DNA of 64,000 nt, taken from contig CAZNOW010000002.1 in the NCBI GenBank assembly GCA_964574915.1, positions 32,328 through 96,327 of the forward strand, written 5' to 3'. This stretch comes from an uncultured Candidatus Saccharibacteria bacterium (GTDB lineage: Bacteria > Patescibacteriota > Saccharimonadia > Saccharimonadales > UBA4665). The notes under the pieces are model-generated. The model worked only from the letters and a program-made list of their open reading frames with translations, made no database searches and was not told the DNA's origin. Shown in pieces: positions 14,280 through 24,544 of the stretch; the first letter of the stretch is position 1; the number at the start of each line of letters is the position of its first letter. A program made the translations under genes and the position numbers.

Positions 14280-16847
14280 TTAAGTACGGTTTACCGGGCG
14301 GAAGCGTTCGTATTCTTGATTGATAGCTTGAAGTTGAGATTCGGCCTCTGTTAACTGATCTTTGGTTTGCTTAACGATGTCTTTGGGAGCTTTAGTCAGA
14401 TACTTTTTATCGCCCAACCGCTTCTTTAGACGATCCACTACGACCTTTTGCGTGGCGAGCTTAGTCGCTAACTGTTTAAAATACTGGCTGGTGGCTGACG
14501 GCTCAATATCTAACCAACAGCGGTAAGGAGTGGATATTAAATATAATCCGGTTCCATCACGGACTTCGCTGACATTTGCTAAATGTGCGAGCCGTTTGAT
14601 TAACTTAGCGTTTTCCGCCAGAAACGGAACATCCGTGTAGTACAAGGTAGCATCGGCTACGCCCAGGGTCTTAGTAATAAAGCGGGTCTCAGTTACGATC
14701 GGCTGGATATCAGCGAACGCCCTGGCCTTCTTTTCATCAACTTTCAAGCTTTCCGGCCAGAGTTGGCTAGCCAGGATACTATCCCCTGTCCAAGCAAGTG
14801 TTTGCCAAATAGTCTCGGTGACAAACGGCGCAAAGGGGTGCGCGATAATAAGAACATCTTCCAGAACTTTCATGAGTAGCGGAACATTAGGTCCGGTTTT
14901 GCTAGTTTCGATATACCAATCAGCCAAATCATCCCATATGAAGTGATAAATTCGGTCGTAGGCTTCAGCGAAACGATAATACTCAAAATCACGCTCTAAC
15001 CCTCGTTGTAATTGTTGTAAATTGCTTAATACCCAATGATCAGCTGCCGTAACCGGTTTTACGTCTTTTCGTTTTGAGGCACCTTCGCTCACTCCCTCGA
15101 TATAGCGCGAGATATTCCACAGTTTATTGCAGAAATTACGGGCATCTTCGACTTTGCGATGGTCATAGCCTCGGTTGACCGCCGGTATCCGACCGGAAAT
15201 AATTCCCATCCGAAGCGCATCTGACCCATAACGATCAATAGCCTGCATGGCATCAATCGCACTGCCTTGCGATTTGCTCATCTTGGTACCATCTTCAGCC
15301 ATCACATATCCGTGAATATAAACTGCTTTAAAGGGAATTTCACCAGTCACATATAGCCCAAGCATCAGCATCCGACTGACCCAGGGATATAATATTTCAC
15401 CACCGGTTTCCATCAAGCTTAACGGGTAATACGTCTTGAAATCCGTTCCGTTCGGATAATCTAAGGTGGCATAGGGCCAAGAGCTGCTCGAAAACCAGGT
15501 ATCAAAGACATCCGGGTCCCGCCGGTAGGATTTACCTTTTACGGTAATTAGTTCTTCGGTAACTCGTTCGTCATAGATCCAGTCTTCAGGGTCATCGACA
15601 TTTTGGAACGCTGGTATCGGAATCCCCCAGGCAATCTGGCGACTAATATTCCAATCCTTCAGACCGCGCAGGTAATTAATCAGCTGATCTCGTTTGGCTT
15701 TGGGATAAAAGGTAATCTTCCCGGCTTTGAGGACTTCGATGGCCCGCTGGGCCAGCGGATACATATCGACGAACCACTGTTCTCGAAGTAAAGGCTCGAT
15801 CGGATTGTCGCACTTATAGCAGTGGCCGACGTTATGCTTATAATCCTCAGTTTTAACTAAGTACCCCTGCTCTGTTAAATCTTTAACGACTTTGTTCCGG
15901 CCTTCGTTAACGGTTAAGCCGACATAAGCTTCGGGCACTTCATGGGTTAATTTGCCTTCGTTATCGATGACCGTAATAAGCGGTAGATCGTGTCTCTTAC
16001 CGGCTTCGAAATCTTCCTGATCATGGGCCGGAGTCAGTTTGACGGCCCCCGTTCCGAAGGATGTGTCGACGAAGGAGTCGGCTAAAATCGGAATCTCCCG
16101 CTGGGTTAAAGGCAGCTTGACGGTCTTGCCAATCAAGGCCTGATATTTTTTATCATCAGGATGGACAGCTACAGCCGTATCGCCGAACATCGTTTCCGGT
16201 CGGGTAGTCGCGACTACGATATCGCCGCTGCCATCAGTCAGCGGATAACGGATATACCATAACTTCCCCTGCTCTTCTTTGTAAATTACCTCAATATCCG
16301 CAAAGGCCGTCCCGTGGAATGTACAGTAATTTACCAGTCTTTCACCTCTGTAAATTAAACCTTCGTCCCACATTTTACGGAAAGTGGCATAGGCTCGGCG
16401 AATTATTTTATCATCCAGCGTAAAAGTGTAACGGCTCCAATCCACACCGCCGCCGAGTCGGCGGAATTGCTCCTCAAATCCTTTGCGATTATTGGCTACA
16501 AAATCCCAGATCTGTTGGTAAAGTTCTTCCCTGGTAAAATCGAAACGGCTCTTCCCTTCTGCAGCTAGTTTTTTCTCATAGACAGCTTGAGTTTCAAAAC
16601 CGGCATGATCAGCACCTGGTAAAAAAAGCGTCCGCTTCCCTCTTTGCCGTTGATAACGGATGGCTATGTCTTGGAGGCTCATGGTTAGTGCGAAGCCGAT
16701 ATGGAGATTAGCATTGGCGTTGGGTGGTGGTACTACAATACTATAAGCTTCACCTTTATTTTTAGGGGTGAAAACGCCACTTTTTTCCCATAAGGCGTAA
16801 ATATCAGCCTCATACTGACCAGGCTCATAAGCTTTTGGTAGCTTCAT
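14280..16847 (-). CDS. valS: valine--tRNA ligase
   Basis: 855 aa. PPPNANANLHIGFAL (HIGH region), KMSKSQG, an editing-domain insert and a C-terminal coiled coil. Confidence 0.93.
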   Translation of the reverse strand: MKLPKAYEPGQYEADIYALWEKSGVFTPKNKGEAYSIVVPPPNANANLHIGFALTMSLQDIAIRYQRQRGKRTLFLPGADHAGFETQAVYEKKLAAEGKSRFDFTREELYQQIWDFVANNRKGFEEQFRRLGGGVDWSRYTFTLDDKIIRRAYATFRKMWDEGLIYRGERLVNYCTFHGTAFADIEVIYKEEQGKLWYIRYPLTDGSGDIVVATTRPETMFGDTAVAVHPDDKKYQALIGKTVKLPLTQREIPILADSFVDTSFGTGAVKLTPAHDQEDFEAGKRHDLPLITVIDNEGKLTHEVPEAYVGLTVNEGRNKVVKDLTEQGYLVKTEDYKHNVGHCYKCDNPIEPLLREQWFVDMYPLAQRAIEVLKAGKITFYPKAKRDQLINYLRGLKDWNISRQIAWGIPIPAFQNVDDPEDWIYDERVTEELITVKGKSYRRDPDVFDTWFSSSSWPYATLDYPNGTDFKTYYPLSLMETGGEILYPWVSRMLMLGLYVTGEIPFKAVYIHGYVMAEDGTKMSKSQGSAIDAMQAIDRYGSDALRMGIISGRIPAVNRGYDHRKVEDARNFCNKLWNISRYIEGVSEGASKRKDVKPVTAADHWVLSNLQQLQRGLERDFEYYRFAEAYDRIYHFIWDDLADWYIETSKTGPNVPLLMKVLEDVLIIAHPFAPFVTETIWQTLAWTGDSILASQLWPESLKVDEKKARAFADIQPIVTETRFITKTLGVADATLYYTDVPFLAENAKLIKRLAHLANVSEVRDGTGLYLISTPYRCWLDIEPSATSQYFKQLATKLATQKVVVDRLKKRLGDKKYLTKAPKDIVKQTKDQLTEAESQLQAINQEYERFRPVNRT

Positions 16848-16951
16848 ACGCCTATCATGATAACACCTCTTATGATGAATCGTAAACAGAGGTGGGATTA
16901 TTGCTAATTAACCTTAAATTATGACTACCAAAAGGGGTGTGATTTGGGCGG

Positions 16952-18013
16952 CTACATACTTAAATTCGGCTGTATTTCAAGCGTGTAAGGATCAGCAATT
17001 GGTTGGTTATGTTTAACCTTGAAACAACCCAGTGTGGCAATCATCGCTCCGTTATCGGTACATAGCTTCGGATCGGTGTAGGCAATAGTAATCGGTAACC
17101 GTTCGGATAGTTGACGGCGCAGCTCCAGATTAGAAGCCACGCCTCCGGCGATGACTACCGAAGCCGGCTGAAATTCGTGATAAGCCTGAATTGTTTTATC
17201 GACGACCGTTTCCATGGCAATTCGTTGGAAACTAGCCGCAATGTTGGCTTTCTGAGCTTCAGACAGGCGTTTTGAGACGTCTTTGGATGGGAAGGTGAAA
17301 CTTTCCCCGATTTCTTTTTGGGCTAGCCTTAGAACGGCTGTTTTTAGTCCAGAAAACGAAAAGTCATATTTGGCGTCCAGTTTGGCTTTAGGTAACGGAT
17401 AAGCCAAAGCGTTGCCCTCCAAAGCTTTGGCACTGATACTGGGGCCGCCAGGGTAGGGTAGGCCGATAATTTTAGCGACCTTATCAAAAGCTTCGCCGAG
17501 AGCATCGTCATGGGTTTGGCCGAGTAAGGTGTAATCGAAGTGGTTCCGGAATAAAACTAATTGGCTATGCCCGCCGGATACGATCAGCGCCAGCATCGGG
17601 AAATTCGGCTGGTTTTTAGGTAAAGAATATTCGCTTAGTTCTGTATCTGTTAAGAAGTTAGCGTAGACATGGCCCTCCACATGGTTAATTGCATATAGCG
17701 GTTTATCATAGGCGATCGCCAGAGTCCGAGCTGTCAAAACGCCGATTAACAGGCTACCGCCTAAACCGGCTCCATAAGTTACGGCGATAGCGTCAATATC
17801 TTTCCAACCTAACGATGAATCCACAAAAGCTTGCTGAATAATTGGGATAATTACTTCAATATGGCTGCGGGCGGCGATCTCTGGGACAATCCCACCGAAG
17901 TTTACATGGAAGCTCGATGAACTAGCTACCGCACTGGATAGTAGGTAGTGTCCGTCTTGGACAACTGCCGCTGCCGTTTCATCACAACTCGTCTCTATAC
18001 CTAAAACTTTCAT
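16952..18013 (-). CDS. tsaD: tRNA N6-adenosine threonylcarbamoyltransferase
   Basis: MKVLGIETSCDETAAAV start (ATG at 18011..18013; the ORF track extends 6 codons further). VNHVEGH and SGGHS motifs. Confidence 0.9.
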   Translation of the reverse strand: MKVLGIETSCDETAAAVVQDGHYLLSSAVASSSSFHVNFGGIVPEIAARSHIEVIIPIIQQAFVDSSLGWKDIDAIAVTYGAGLGGSLLIGVLTARTLAIAYDKPLYAINHVEGHVYANFLTDTELSEYSLPKNQPNFPMLALIVSGGHSQLVLFRNHFDYTLLGQTHDDALGEAFDKVAKIIGLPYPGGPSISAKALEGNALAYPLPKAKLDAKYDFSFSGLKTAVLRLAQKEIGESFTFPSKDVSKRLSEAQKANIAASFQRIAMETVVDKTIQAYHEFQPASVVIAGGVASNLELRRQLSERLPITIAYTDPKLCTDNGAMIATLGCFKVKHNQPIADPYTLEIQPNLSM

Positions 18014-18112
18014 CACCTTACAACATAGCACATACCGCCAATATTTATAGAGGTGTATGAATCTTTGCTCACTAGATATTCAGTCCGAGGCACCGTATAC
18101 TCCAAGTAGGTT

Positions 18113-19411
18113 ATGCGTGCATTCGTCAAGAAATTTATTCCCAAGAAGTTATTTCAAATAATAGAGCCTTATGGCCATCTTATTGAAGCGATTATCTTAA
18201 ATTTACGCTATGGTTTTCCAGCAAGGCATTTAAAGGTGATTGGCGTTACCGGGACAAACGGCAAGACGACTACGGCTTATTTTATCTATCACATTCTCAG
18301 AAGAGCCGGTTACCGCGTCGGACTGATGACTACCGTAGCTTACGGCGTAGACGAAAATATCAAACCGCAAGTTCATCACATGACCAATGTGCCAGTTAAA
18401 GAGCTGATGCAGCGTCTCACGTGGATGAAGCGGCAGGGAATTGATTGGTTGGTACTGGAAACTACCAGCCATGCTTTAGCCCAAAACCGCATCTGGGGTG
18501 TACCTTATAGCGTGGCAGTAATGACTAACGTCACGCATGAGCATCTGGATTACCACCAGACATTTGAACGTTACCGGAGCGCTAAAGTAAAACTGTTCAA
18601 ACTGGCAGCCCGTAATCATAGCGGGTTACGCACTGGCGTAGCCAACGCTGACGATCCATCTTGGAGATTTTTTACTGATGTAGTGCCGGTATTCGTTACT
18701 TACGGATTGGAACACGGTGAACTGCAAGCTACCAATATCCATCTAGACTCTTCGGGAAGCGACTATGAACTGAAGTATAAAGATATGCGCTTACCGATCA
18801 AAGTTAACATGCCCGGTAAATTTAATATCGAGAATTCGCTGGCCGCCGCTGCCACCGGAATAGTCATCGGTTTATCTGATAAGCAAATCATCAACGGTAT
18901 CGCCGATCTAAAAAATGTTGAAGGGCGCATGACAACTATTGACGAAGGTCAGGATTTTACGGTGATCGTTGATTTTGCCCATACCCCCGATAGCTTCGAG
19001 AAGTTATTTAAAGATATCAAGTCGGTCGTTAAAGGTAAGCTGATTGTTATGTTCGGCAGTGCCGGTCGCCGCGATGAAACCAAACGAGCAGAGCAGGGTA
19101 GATTAGCCGGTGAATACGCTGATGAAGTAATTGTGACCGAGGAAGATGACCGCGATGTTGATGGACAGGTAATCATGGATCAAATAGCCGAGGGCGTCGA
19201 ACGAACCGGCAAGATACGTGATAAGGACTTATTTTTGGTACACGACCGGACAGAAGCCATTAACTTTGCCATTCAACGGGCCCAGATCAATGACGTGGTC
19301 TTGTTACTAGGTAAGGGTCATGAAAAAACTATCGAACGATCCGGTGGCGAGCAACCCTGGGATGAATCACAAGTGGCACGTCAAGCTTTACAGCATAGAC
19401 GTAGTATCTAG
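18113..19411 (+). CDS. murE: Mur ligase (MurE-like UDP-MurNAc-tripeptide synthetase), short form
   Basis: GVTGTNGKTTT P-loop, and central and C-terminal Mur ligase domains (GKGHE near the C-terminus). Only 432 aa with a minimal N-terminal domain. The usual DNPR position reads EEDDRD. Confidence 0.7.
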   Translation: MRAFVKKFIPKKLFQIIEPYGHLIEAIILNLRYGFPARHLKVIGVTGTNGKTTTAYFIYHILRRAGYRVGLMTTVAYGVDENIKPQVHHMTNVPVKELMQRLTWMKRQGIDWLVLETTSHALAQNRIWGVPYSVAVMTNVTHEHLDYHQTFERYRSAKVKLFKLAARNHSGLRTGVANADDPSWRFFTDVVPVFVTYGLEHGELQATNIHLDSSGSDYELKYKDMRLPIKVNMPGKFNIENSLAAAATGIVIGLSDKQIINGIADLKNVEGRMTTIDEGQDFTVIVDFAHTPDSFEKLFKDIKSVVKGKLIVMFGSAGRRDETKRAEQGRLAGEYADEVIVTEEDDRDVDGQVIMDQIAEGVERTGKIRDKDLFLVHDRTEAINFAIQRAQINDVVLLLGKGHEKTIERSGGEQPWDESQVARQALQHRRSI

Positions 19412-20311
19412 CTAGACGTTATCGAGAGTTAGACTAACGCAGCGAATATAGCCGCCGCCTTTGATCAGCTCCTGGATTTGAGGCGTATAGACTGTAAAAC
19501 CATGGCTTTCAAGATCATGGCGCAGTTTAGGTGCATGGGAAGTCATAATGACCGATTGACCGGTCGATACCAGGTTGCAGGCGTATCTTTTTTGCGCTTC
19601 ATGTCGAGAAACTTCAATGGTTTCAATGTCGAGCAAACGAATTTTGGCTTGGCTGGACGGCGTAAAGGCTTTAGGACACCATGCAATCAGACCCCGTTTA
19701 GTTTTGCTTGGAGCCCGCAGCACAGCCAGGGCTAAGTCAATATCATAGAAAAAACTATCCGGCCAACCAGTCACACGGTTTTTAGCAACCGGTCCCAGCC
19801 CGAAGATGCTACGTTTGGGAATTGTCTGAAGACTGATTACTTCGTAACCTAAAATATCAGCTACCAATTGATGTGCCTGGGGATCGGTCCGATAGGATGT
19901 TCCCATAAACAACAGGTTACCGCAGGGCAGAGCATCACCCTGACCGCTAAAACGAACCTCATCGGGTAATTTAATGATTCGTTTACCAAGGTCGCGCAAG
20001 ACTTTTTCGGCGTAAGACTCTTCATTTTTTCGCTTGTTGGGTAGTCGCGACATTATGACCGTATCGCCTCGGCATAGTCCCCAATTAGCGGTGTAAACAC
20101 CGTCTTGACAGGCCACCGGAGCCGAGACTTTTATAACCGTTACGCCAGCTTGTTCTAAGGTTTTTTGAATAGCGTCATGTTCATGAGCTGCCAAAGAGCG
20201 GTTAACTGGAATTCGGTTATCCATATAGGCGTTAATGGCATAAATGTCATCAAAGTATTCGGCGCCAGACATCAAGACGGTGCTGTTAATTAATGGTTTG
20301 GTCATGACCAT
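19412..20311 (-). CDS. amidinotransferase/DDAH/arginine-deiminase-fold (guanidino-group modifying) enzyme
   Basis: 299 aa. C-terminal GGGYIRCVSL with the catalytic-Cys context typical of this superfamily. Confidence 0.6.
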   Translation of the reverse strand: MVMTKPLINSTVLMSGAEYFDDIYAINAYMDNRIPVNRSLAAHEHDAIQKTLEQAGVTVIKVSAPVACQDGVYTANWGLCRGDTVIMSRLPNKRKNEESYAEKVLRDLGKRIIKLPDEVRFSGQGDALPCGNLLFMGTSYRTDPQAHQLVADILGYEVISLQTIPKRSIFGLGPVAKNRVTGWPDSFFYDIDLALAVLRAPSKTKRGLIAWCPKAFTPSSQAKIRLLDIETIEVSRHEAQKRYACNLVSTGQSVIMTSHAPKLRHDLESHGFTVYTPQIQELIKGGGYIRCVSLTLDNV

Positions 20312-20329
20312 AAATTATAGCTCACCTTC

Positions 20330-20359
20330 TTGACAGACTCGCTAAGACAACAGTATGAT
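20330..20359 (+). promoter_or_regulatory. sigma-70-type promoter of groES-groEL
   Basis: TTGACA (20330..20335), 18-nt spacer, TATGAT (20354..20359). Confidence 0.7.
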
Positions 20360-20370
20360 TAAAGTCAGAG

Positions 20371-20397
20371 TTGGCACTCTACTAACTAAAGTGCTAA
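20371..20397 (+). promoter_or_regulatory. CIRCE operator (HrcA binding site)
   Basis: TTGGCACTC-N9-AAGTGCTAA versus the consensus TTAGCACTC-N9-GAGTGCTAA. Sits between the promoter and groES. Confidence 0.85.
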
Positions 20398-20441
20398 CAA
20401 ACTGAGGGATCTACTCGTAAGAAAGGAGTCATAATATTGCT

Positions 20442-20708
20442 ATGAGCGCAAAAATTAATCCACTTTCCGAATATGTAGTGGCAATTAGCGAAGAGCCGGA
20501 GACAAAAACCGCCAGCGGCTTATATTTGCCCGATAAGGCAGCTGAAAAGCCAAAAGTTGCCAAAGTTAAAGCAGTCGGTAAGGACGTTAAACAAGTAAAG
20601 ATCGGTGATCGGATAGTTTATAAAAGTTACAGTACAACTGAGATTAAGGTTGATAACGAGGAATATATTTTGGTCAAAGAAGAAGATATCCTCGCGACCA
20701 TTCAATAA
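20442..20708 (+). CDS. groES: co-chaperonin GroES
   Basis: 88 aa. ASGLYLPDKA mobile loop and GDRIVYKSY. Confidence 0.93.
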   Translation: MSAKINPLSEYVVAISEEPETKTASGLYLPDKAAEKPKVAKVKAVGKDVKQVKIGDRIVYKSYSTTEIKVDNEEYILVKEEDILATIQ

Positions 20709-20725
20709 CGAAGGAGTAAAACGAG

Positions 20726-22372
20726 ATGGCTAAGAAAGTTTTATATGATGAAATCGCCAGAAAGCGTCTGCTAGAAGGCGCTGAAATTTTATACAATGCC
20801 GTAAAGATGACCATGGGACCCAAGGGGCGAAATGTTGTCATCGACAAGTCTTACGGTGCACCAACTGTCACGCATGACGGCGTAGCGGTGGCAAAAGCCG
20901 TGGAACTGGGTGATGTTGACGATGAGACCTTAGGTTATAAGGTCGGCGCGGAACTTATTAAACAAGCCGCTTCCAAAATGAACGACGTGGCTGGTGACGG
21001 GACTACAACTGTCACTGTTTTGACATACCACATCCTCAGTGAAGCCAATAAATTAATTGCCGCTGGGCATAATCCGATGCTGCTTCGTAAAGGTCTGGAG
21101 TCGGCCGCTCTGCAAGTCATCGCCAAACTGGGGACGATGAGTGAAGATGTTGAGAATAAAAAGAACCGAGTAGCCGAAGTAGCTACCATTTCGGCTGGTG
21201 ACCCCGATATTGGCAAACTGATTGCCGACGTGATGGCGGCTATCGGTAAAGACGGGGTAGTGACAGTAGAAGAGGGCCAAGGGTTGGCCATGGAAAGTGA
21301 AGTGGTGGAAGGATTTACCTTCGATCGAGGCTTCGTCAGTGCTTATATGGTAACCGATACCGGCCGGATGGAAGCAGTTTATGATAAGCCGGCTATTGTG
21401 ATTACTGATAAAAAAATATCTAATATTGCCGAATTTCTGCCGTTGCTCGAAAAATTAGCTCAAGCCGGGAAAAAAGACTTAGTTTTGATTGCCGAAGATG
21501 TCGAAGGCGAAGCTTTAGCTACCTTAATTTTGAACCGTTTGAAAGGTGTATTTAATACTGTTGCCATTAAAGCTCCAGCCTTTGGCGACCGACGTAAAGA
21601 TGCCCTCAATGATATTGCTATCCTAACGGGTGCTGAAGTCATTACTGAAGACCGCGGCATGACCTTTGAAAATGCCGAATTAGACGTTGTGGGCTCAGCT
21701 AGAAAAGTGATAGTGAACAAAGACCAAACCACCATTATTGAAGGCGGTGGTTCTTCAACTGAAGTTAATGCTCGCATTGATCAGATTAATAAACAGATTG
21801 AGGCTGCTACAAGCGAGTATGACAAGGAAAACCTTGAAAAACGACGCGCTTCCTTAAGCGGTAAAGTTGCGGTCATTAAAGTTGGTGGTGCAACCGAAAC
21901 CGAAATTGAAGAAAAGAAGTTTCGGGTTGACGATGCCGTAGCTTCGGTTAAATCAGCCTTAAGCGAAGGTATTGTACCTGGTGGTGGAGTGACCCCCATT
22001 AACCTAACCAGTGCCATTGCTACCGATACCAAAGATGACACATCGGTAAGTGCTGGCCGTCAATTACTGGTTAAAGCCCTGGAACAGCCATTTCGCATTT
22101 TACTGACTAACGCTGGATTAAATGCTGACGAATGGTTACCTAAGGTTAAAAGTGCTAAAGAAGGTTTTGGTGTTGACGTTAATCACCCCGGTAAATTAGT
22201 TGATATGAAACTAAGTGGCATCGTTGACCCGACACGCGTTACCAAAGAAGCGGTGCTCAATGCCGTTAGTATTGCCGGTACGGCTATGACCATGGGTGCG
22301 CTAGTAGTTGAAATACCCAAAGAAGAAAAAGCCGGTCAGCCAGATATGGGCGGCGGCATGGGTATGATGTAA
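20726..22372 (+). CDS. groEL: chaperonin GroEL
   Basis: 548 aa. AGDGTTTVTVL motif and GGM-rich C-terminus. Confidence 0.97.
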   Translation: MAKKVLYDEIARKRLLEGAEILYNAVKMTMGPKGRNVVIDKSYGAPTVTHDGVAVAKAVELGDVDDETLGYKVGAELIKQAASKMNDVAGDGTTTVTVLTYHILSEANKLIAAGHNPMLLRKGLESAALQVIAKLGTMSEDVENKKNRVAEVATISAGDPDIGKLIADVMAAIGKDGVVTVEEGQGLAMESEVVEGFTFDRGFVSAYMVTDTGRMEAVYDKPAIVITDKKISNIAEFLPLLEKLAQAGKKDLVLIAEDVEGEALATLILNRLKGVFNTVAIKAPAFGDRRKDALNDIAILTGAEVITEDRGMTFENAELDVVGSARKVIVNKDQTTIIEGGGSSTEVNARIDQINKQIEAATSEYDKENLEKRRASLSGKVAVIKVGGATETEIEEKKFRVDDAVASVKSALSEGIVPGGGVTPINLTSAIATDTKDDTSVSAGRQLLVKALEQPFRILLTNAGLNADEWLPKVKSAKEGFGVDVNHPGKLVDMKLSGIVDPTRVTKEAVLNAVSIAGTAMTMGALVVEIPKEEKAGQPDMGGGMGMM

Positions 22373-22489
22373 AATCATCACCCCCCAAAAAAAACAAATT
22401 TTTAATTCCGGATCGATAACATTCTAATATCAGTTTAAAGTAAAGTTCTTATGCTTTATATCTGTTGATAGCAGCGTTAAACTGTAGTT

Positions 22490-22960
22490 ATGTGGCTATT
22501 TGGTAAAAAATCCAATCAGCAGTCCACTAAACCTGACGTACCACCCGAACTGCAACCTTTTTATCAGCAGGATGCGGACAGAAGGTTACTGATTCGACGT
22601 TTGATAGCTATCTTAGTTGTCGTCATTATAATTGCGGCGGTCGTATTTGGGAGCTTGTGGCTACACGCCAGAAATAACCATAATCATCTAAATATAGCAT
22701 CGTCTCAGACTACCCAGTCTACTAAACACAAGCAAACTACCCCTAAAACTCAAACGACCACCCCACCGAGCAATCAAACCAGCTCTTCATCGACGCCTAG
22801 TTCAACGTCTAATTCCCCTACCACACCTAGTAATATTCCCAACACCGGTCCAGGTAGTGATATATATTGGATAGCACTAGCAGCCGCAGCGCTGGGTGCA
22901 GTTTTTTACCATATCCGCCAGGTTAGAACTCTAAATCTAAAATCAGGGAAAAAGTATTAA
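22490..22960 (+). CDS. S/T/P-rich protein with an N-terminal TM helix and a C-terminal sortase-type sorting signal (IPNTG, TM helix, basic tail)
   Basis: IPNTG at 22835..22849, followed by IYWIALAAAALGAVFYHI and RQVRTLNLKSGKKY. Confidence 0.55.
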   Translation: MWLFGKKSNQQSTKPDVPPELQPFYQQDADRRLLIRRLIAILVVVIIIAAVVFGSLWLHARNNHNHLNIASSQTTQSTKHKQTTPKTQTTTPPSNQTSSSSTPSSTSNSPTTPSNIPNTGPGSDIYWIALAAAALGAVFYHIRQVRTLNLKSGKKY

Positions 22961-23439
22961 CTGACTTTTTGTGAGTGAAAATAATTTATCTCGTTAATCA
23001 CATCTAGTAGTGCTTGAGCCTGAGTTTTTTCATCGCTGATATCATTAGCGGCTTCGTAGGCGGCCGGTATCAGACTTTGGTCATCTGAAGCCTGGATCAT
23101 CATCATATTAGTTCGGAAGCGTTCTTCGGGAGTTTGGTCCAAGTGGCCGACTAGCGGTTTAAGTTGTTGCAAGGCTTTTTGTTTAATACTTAATAAATCA
23201 TCCAAATTATCGGTAGCAGGGACTGAGTTTCGTGAACTTGGTTCACTGGAATCATGTTGATTTGATGGGGGCGGTACGGGGACTATCTCATCTGTAGATG
23301 ATGTAGTAGGTTCGGTTGGTTGACTAGTAGAATTATCGTCATTAGCCGGCGAACCCAGCATGCCGTCATCAACAGGTTCGGTTGCCGTATATCCTTGGTC
23401 ATTATTTGTTTTTGAATTATCTTCCCCTACCCCAAACAT
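22957..23439 (-). CDS. acidic hypothetical protein
   Basis: 160 aa ORF with a D/E/S/T-rich N-terminal half. Convergent with 22490..22960, with a 4-nt overlap. Confidence 0.45.
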   Translation of the reverse strand: MFGVGEDNSKTNNDQGYTATEPVDDGMLGSPANDDNSTSQPTEPTTSSTDEIVPVPPPSNQHDSSEPSSRNSVPATDNLDDLLSIKQKALQQLKPLVGHLDQTPEERFRTNMMMIQASDDQSLIPAAYEAANDISDEKTQAQALLDVINEINYFHSQKVS

Positions 23440-23508
23440 TTGTTCCCCTCGACGTTAGTAATTAAACTATACTATATACAACTAGGATTAAAGCACAAGG
23501 ATTAACAT

Positions 23509-24534
23509 ATGCTAGATGATCTTAAATACATTCACGAACGCGATGCGGCTGATGCTCTGGGAATTGCCGAAAAACAGTGCCAACAATTAAGCTATGACTT
23601 TCAAACTACGCAGGCAGAATTAGACGTCGACAATATCGTATTGGTAGGGATGGGCGGATCGGCGCTAGCTGGCTTAATCAGCCAAAGTTGGCCGACCTAT
23701 TCCAAACCGTTTGAGCTGGTTCGTAATTATGATATCCCGGCATATGTGTCGCCTAGAACTTATTTCATTGCCAGTAGTTATTCCGGCGATACCGAAGAAA
23801 CGCTGACAGCGCTGGCTCAGGCAGAAGCAAAAGGTGCTCAAATCGCCGTTATCGCCGATGGCGGTCAATTGGCGGAGATTGCTAAAGAGAAAAATTACCC
23901 CCTAGCTTTAATACCCAAAACCGAACAACCTCGCTACGCGGTGTTTTATAGTCTCAAAGCACTACTTTCACTTTTAGCAGCAGCTAAACTACTCAGCGCT
24001 GAATTACTCCAAGAGTTAACCGCCTGCGAAGGGCAACTAAAATCGGCAGTCAGCCAGTGGTTGCCAACAGTTCCGACCGCCTCTAACCCGGCCAAGAAGT
24101 TAGCTTTAGAGTGTATCGGCAAATCAGTCGTAATTTACGCCGGTCCAAAGCTGTTTCCGGCAGCCTATAAATGGAAAATCAGCTTTAACGAAAATGCCAA
24201 ACAAATCGCCTGGGTTAATCAGTTCCCCGAATTTAATCACAATGAATTTATTGGCTGGAGCAAACAACCCGTCAATAAACCCTATACGATCATCGAGCTA
24301 AGAAGCAACTTAGAACATGAACGGATTCAAAAACGCTTTGTTACTTCTGAAAAACTGCTTTCCGGACTTTGGCCACACCCCTATATCGTTAACGCCGAAG
24401 GTCAATCATTAATCGAGCAGCTGCTTTGGACGATTATGTTTGGTGATTTTGTGACCCTTTACACAGCTTTGCTTAACGGTTTAAATCCGGCCCCGGTTGA
24501 TCTGATCGAATCCTTCAAACGAGAACTGGCATAG
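23509..24534 (+). CDS. bifunctional phosphoglucose/phosphomannose isomerase (SIS domain)
   Basis: 341 aa. VGMGGSALAG and SYSGDTEET SIS motifs, with the size typical of the PGI/PMI family. Confidence 0.75.
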   Translation: MLDDLKYIHERDAADALGIAEKQCQQLSYDFQTTQAELDVDNIVLVGMGGSALAGLISQSWPTYSKPFELVRNYDIPAYVSPRTYFIASSYSGDTEETLTALAQAEAKGAQIAVIADGGQLAEIAKEKNYPLALIPKTEQPRYAVFYSLKALLSLLAAAKLLSAELLQELTACEGQLKSAVSQWLPTVPTASNPAKKLALECIGKSVVIYAGPKLFPAAYKWKISFNENAKQIAWVNQFPEFNHNEFIGWSKQPVNKPYTIIELRSNLEHERIQKRFVTSEKLLSGLWPHPYIVNAEGQSLIEQLLWTIMFGDFVTLYTALLNGLNPAPVDLIESFKRELA

Positions 24535-24544
24535 AAGAGGCTAA

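Noticed and set aside
16848-16951. Possible T-box leader upstream of valS (and likewise upstream of argS)
   Set aside because: The leader is only about 100 nt for valS and about 12 nt for argS. That is too short for a T-box, and no T-box sequence (AANNNGGGTGGNACCNCG-like) was seen.
20935-22041. Four antisense ORFs (75-118 aa) inside groEL
   Set aside because: They lie entirely within and antisense to a highly conserved gene, and their low-complexity A/S/P-rich translations are typical of antisense frames.
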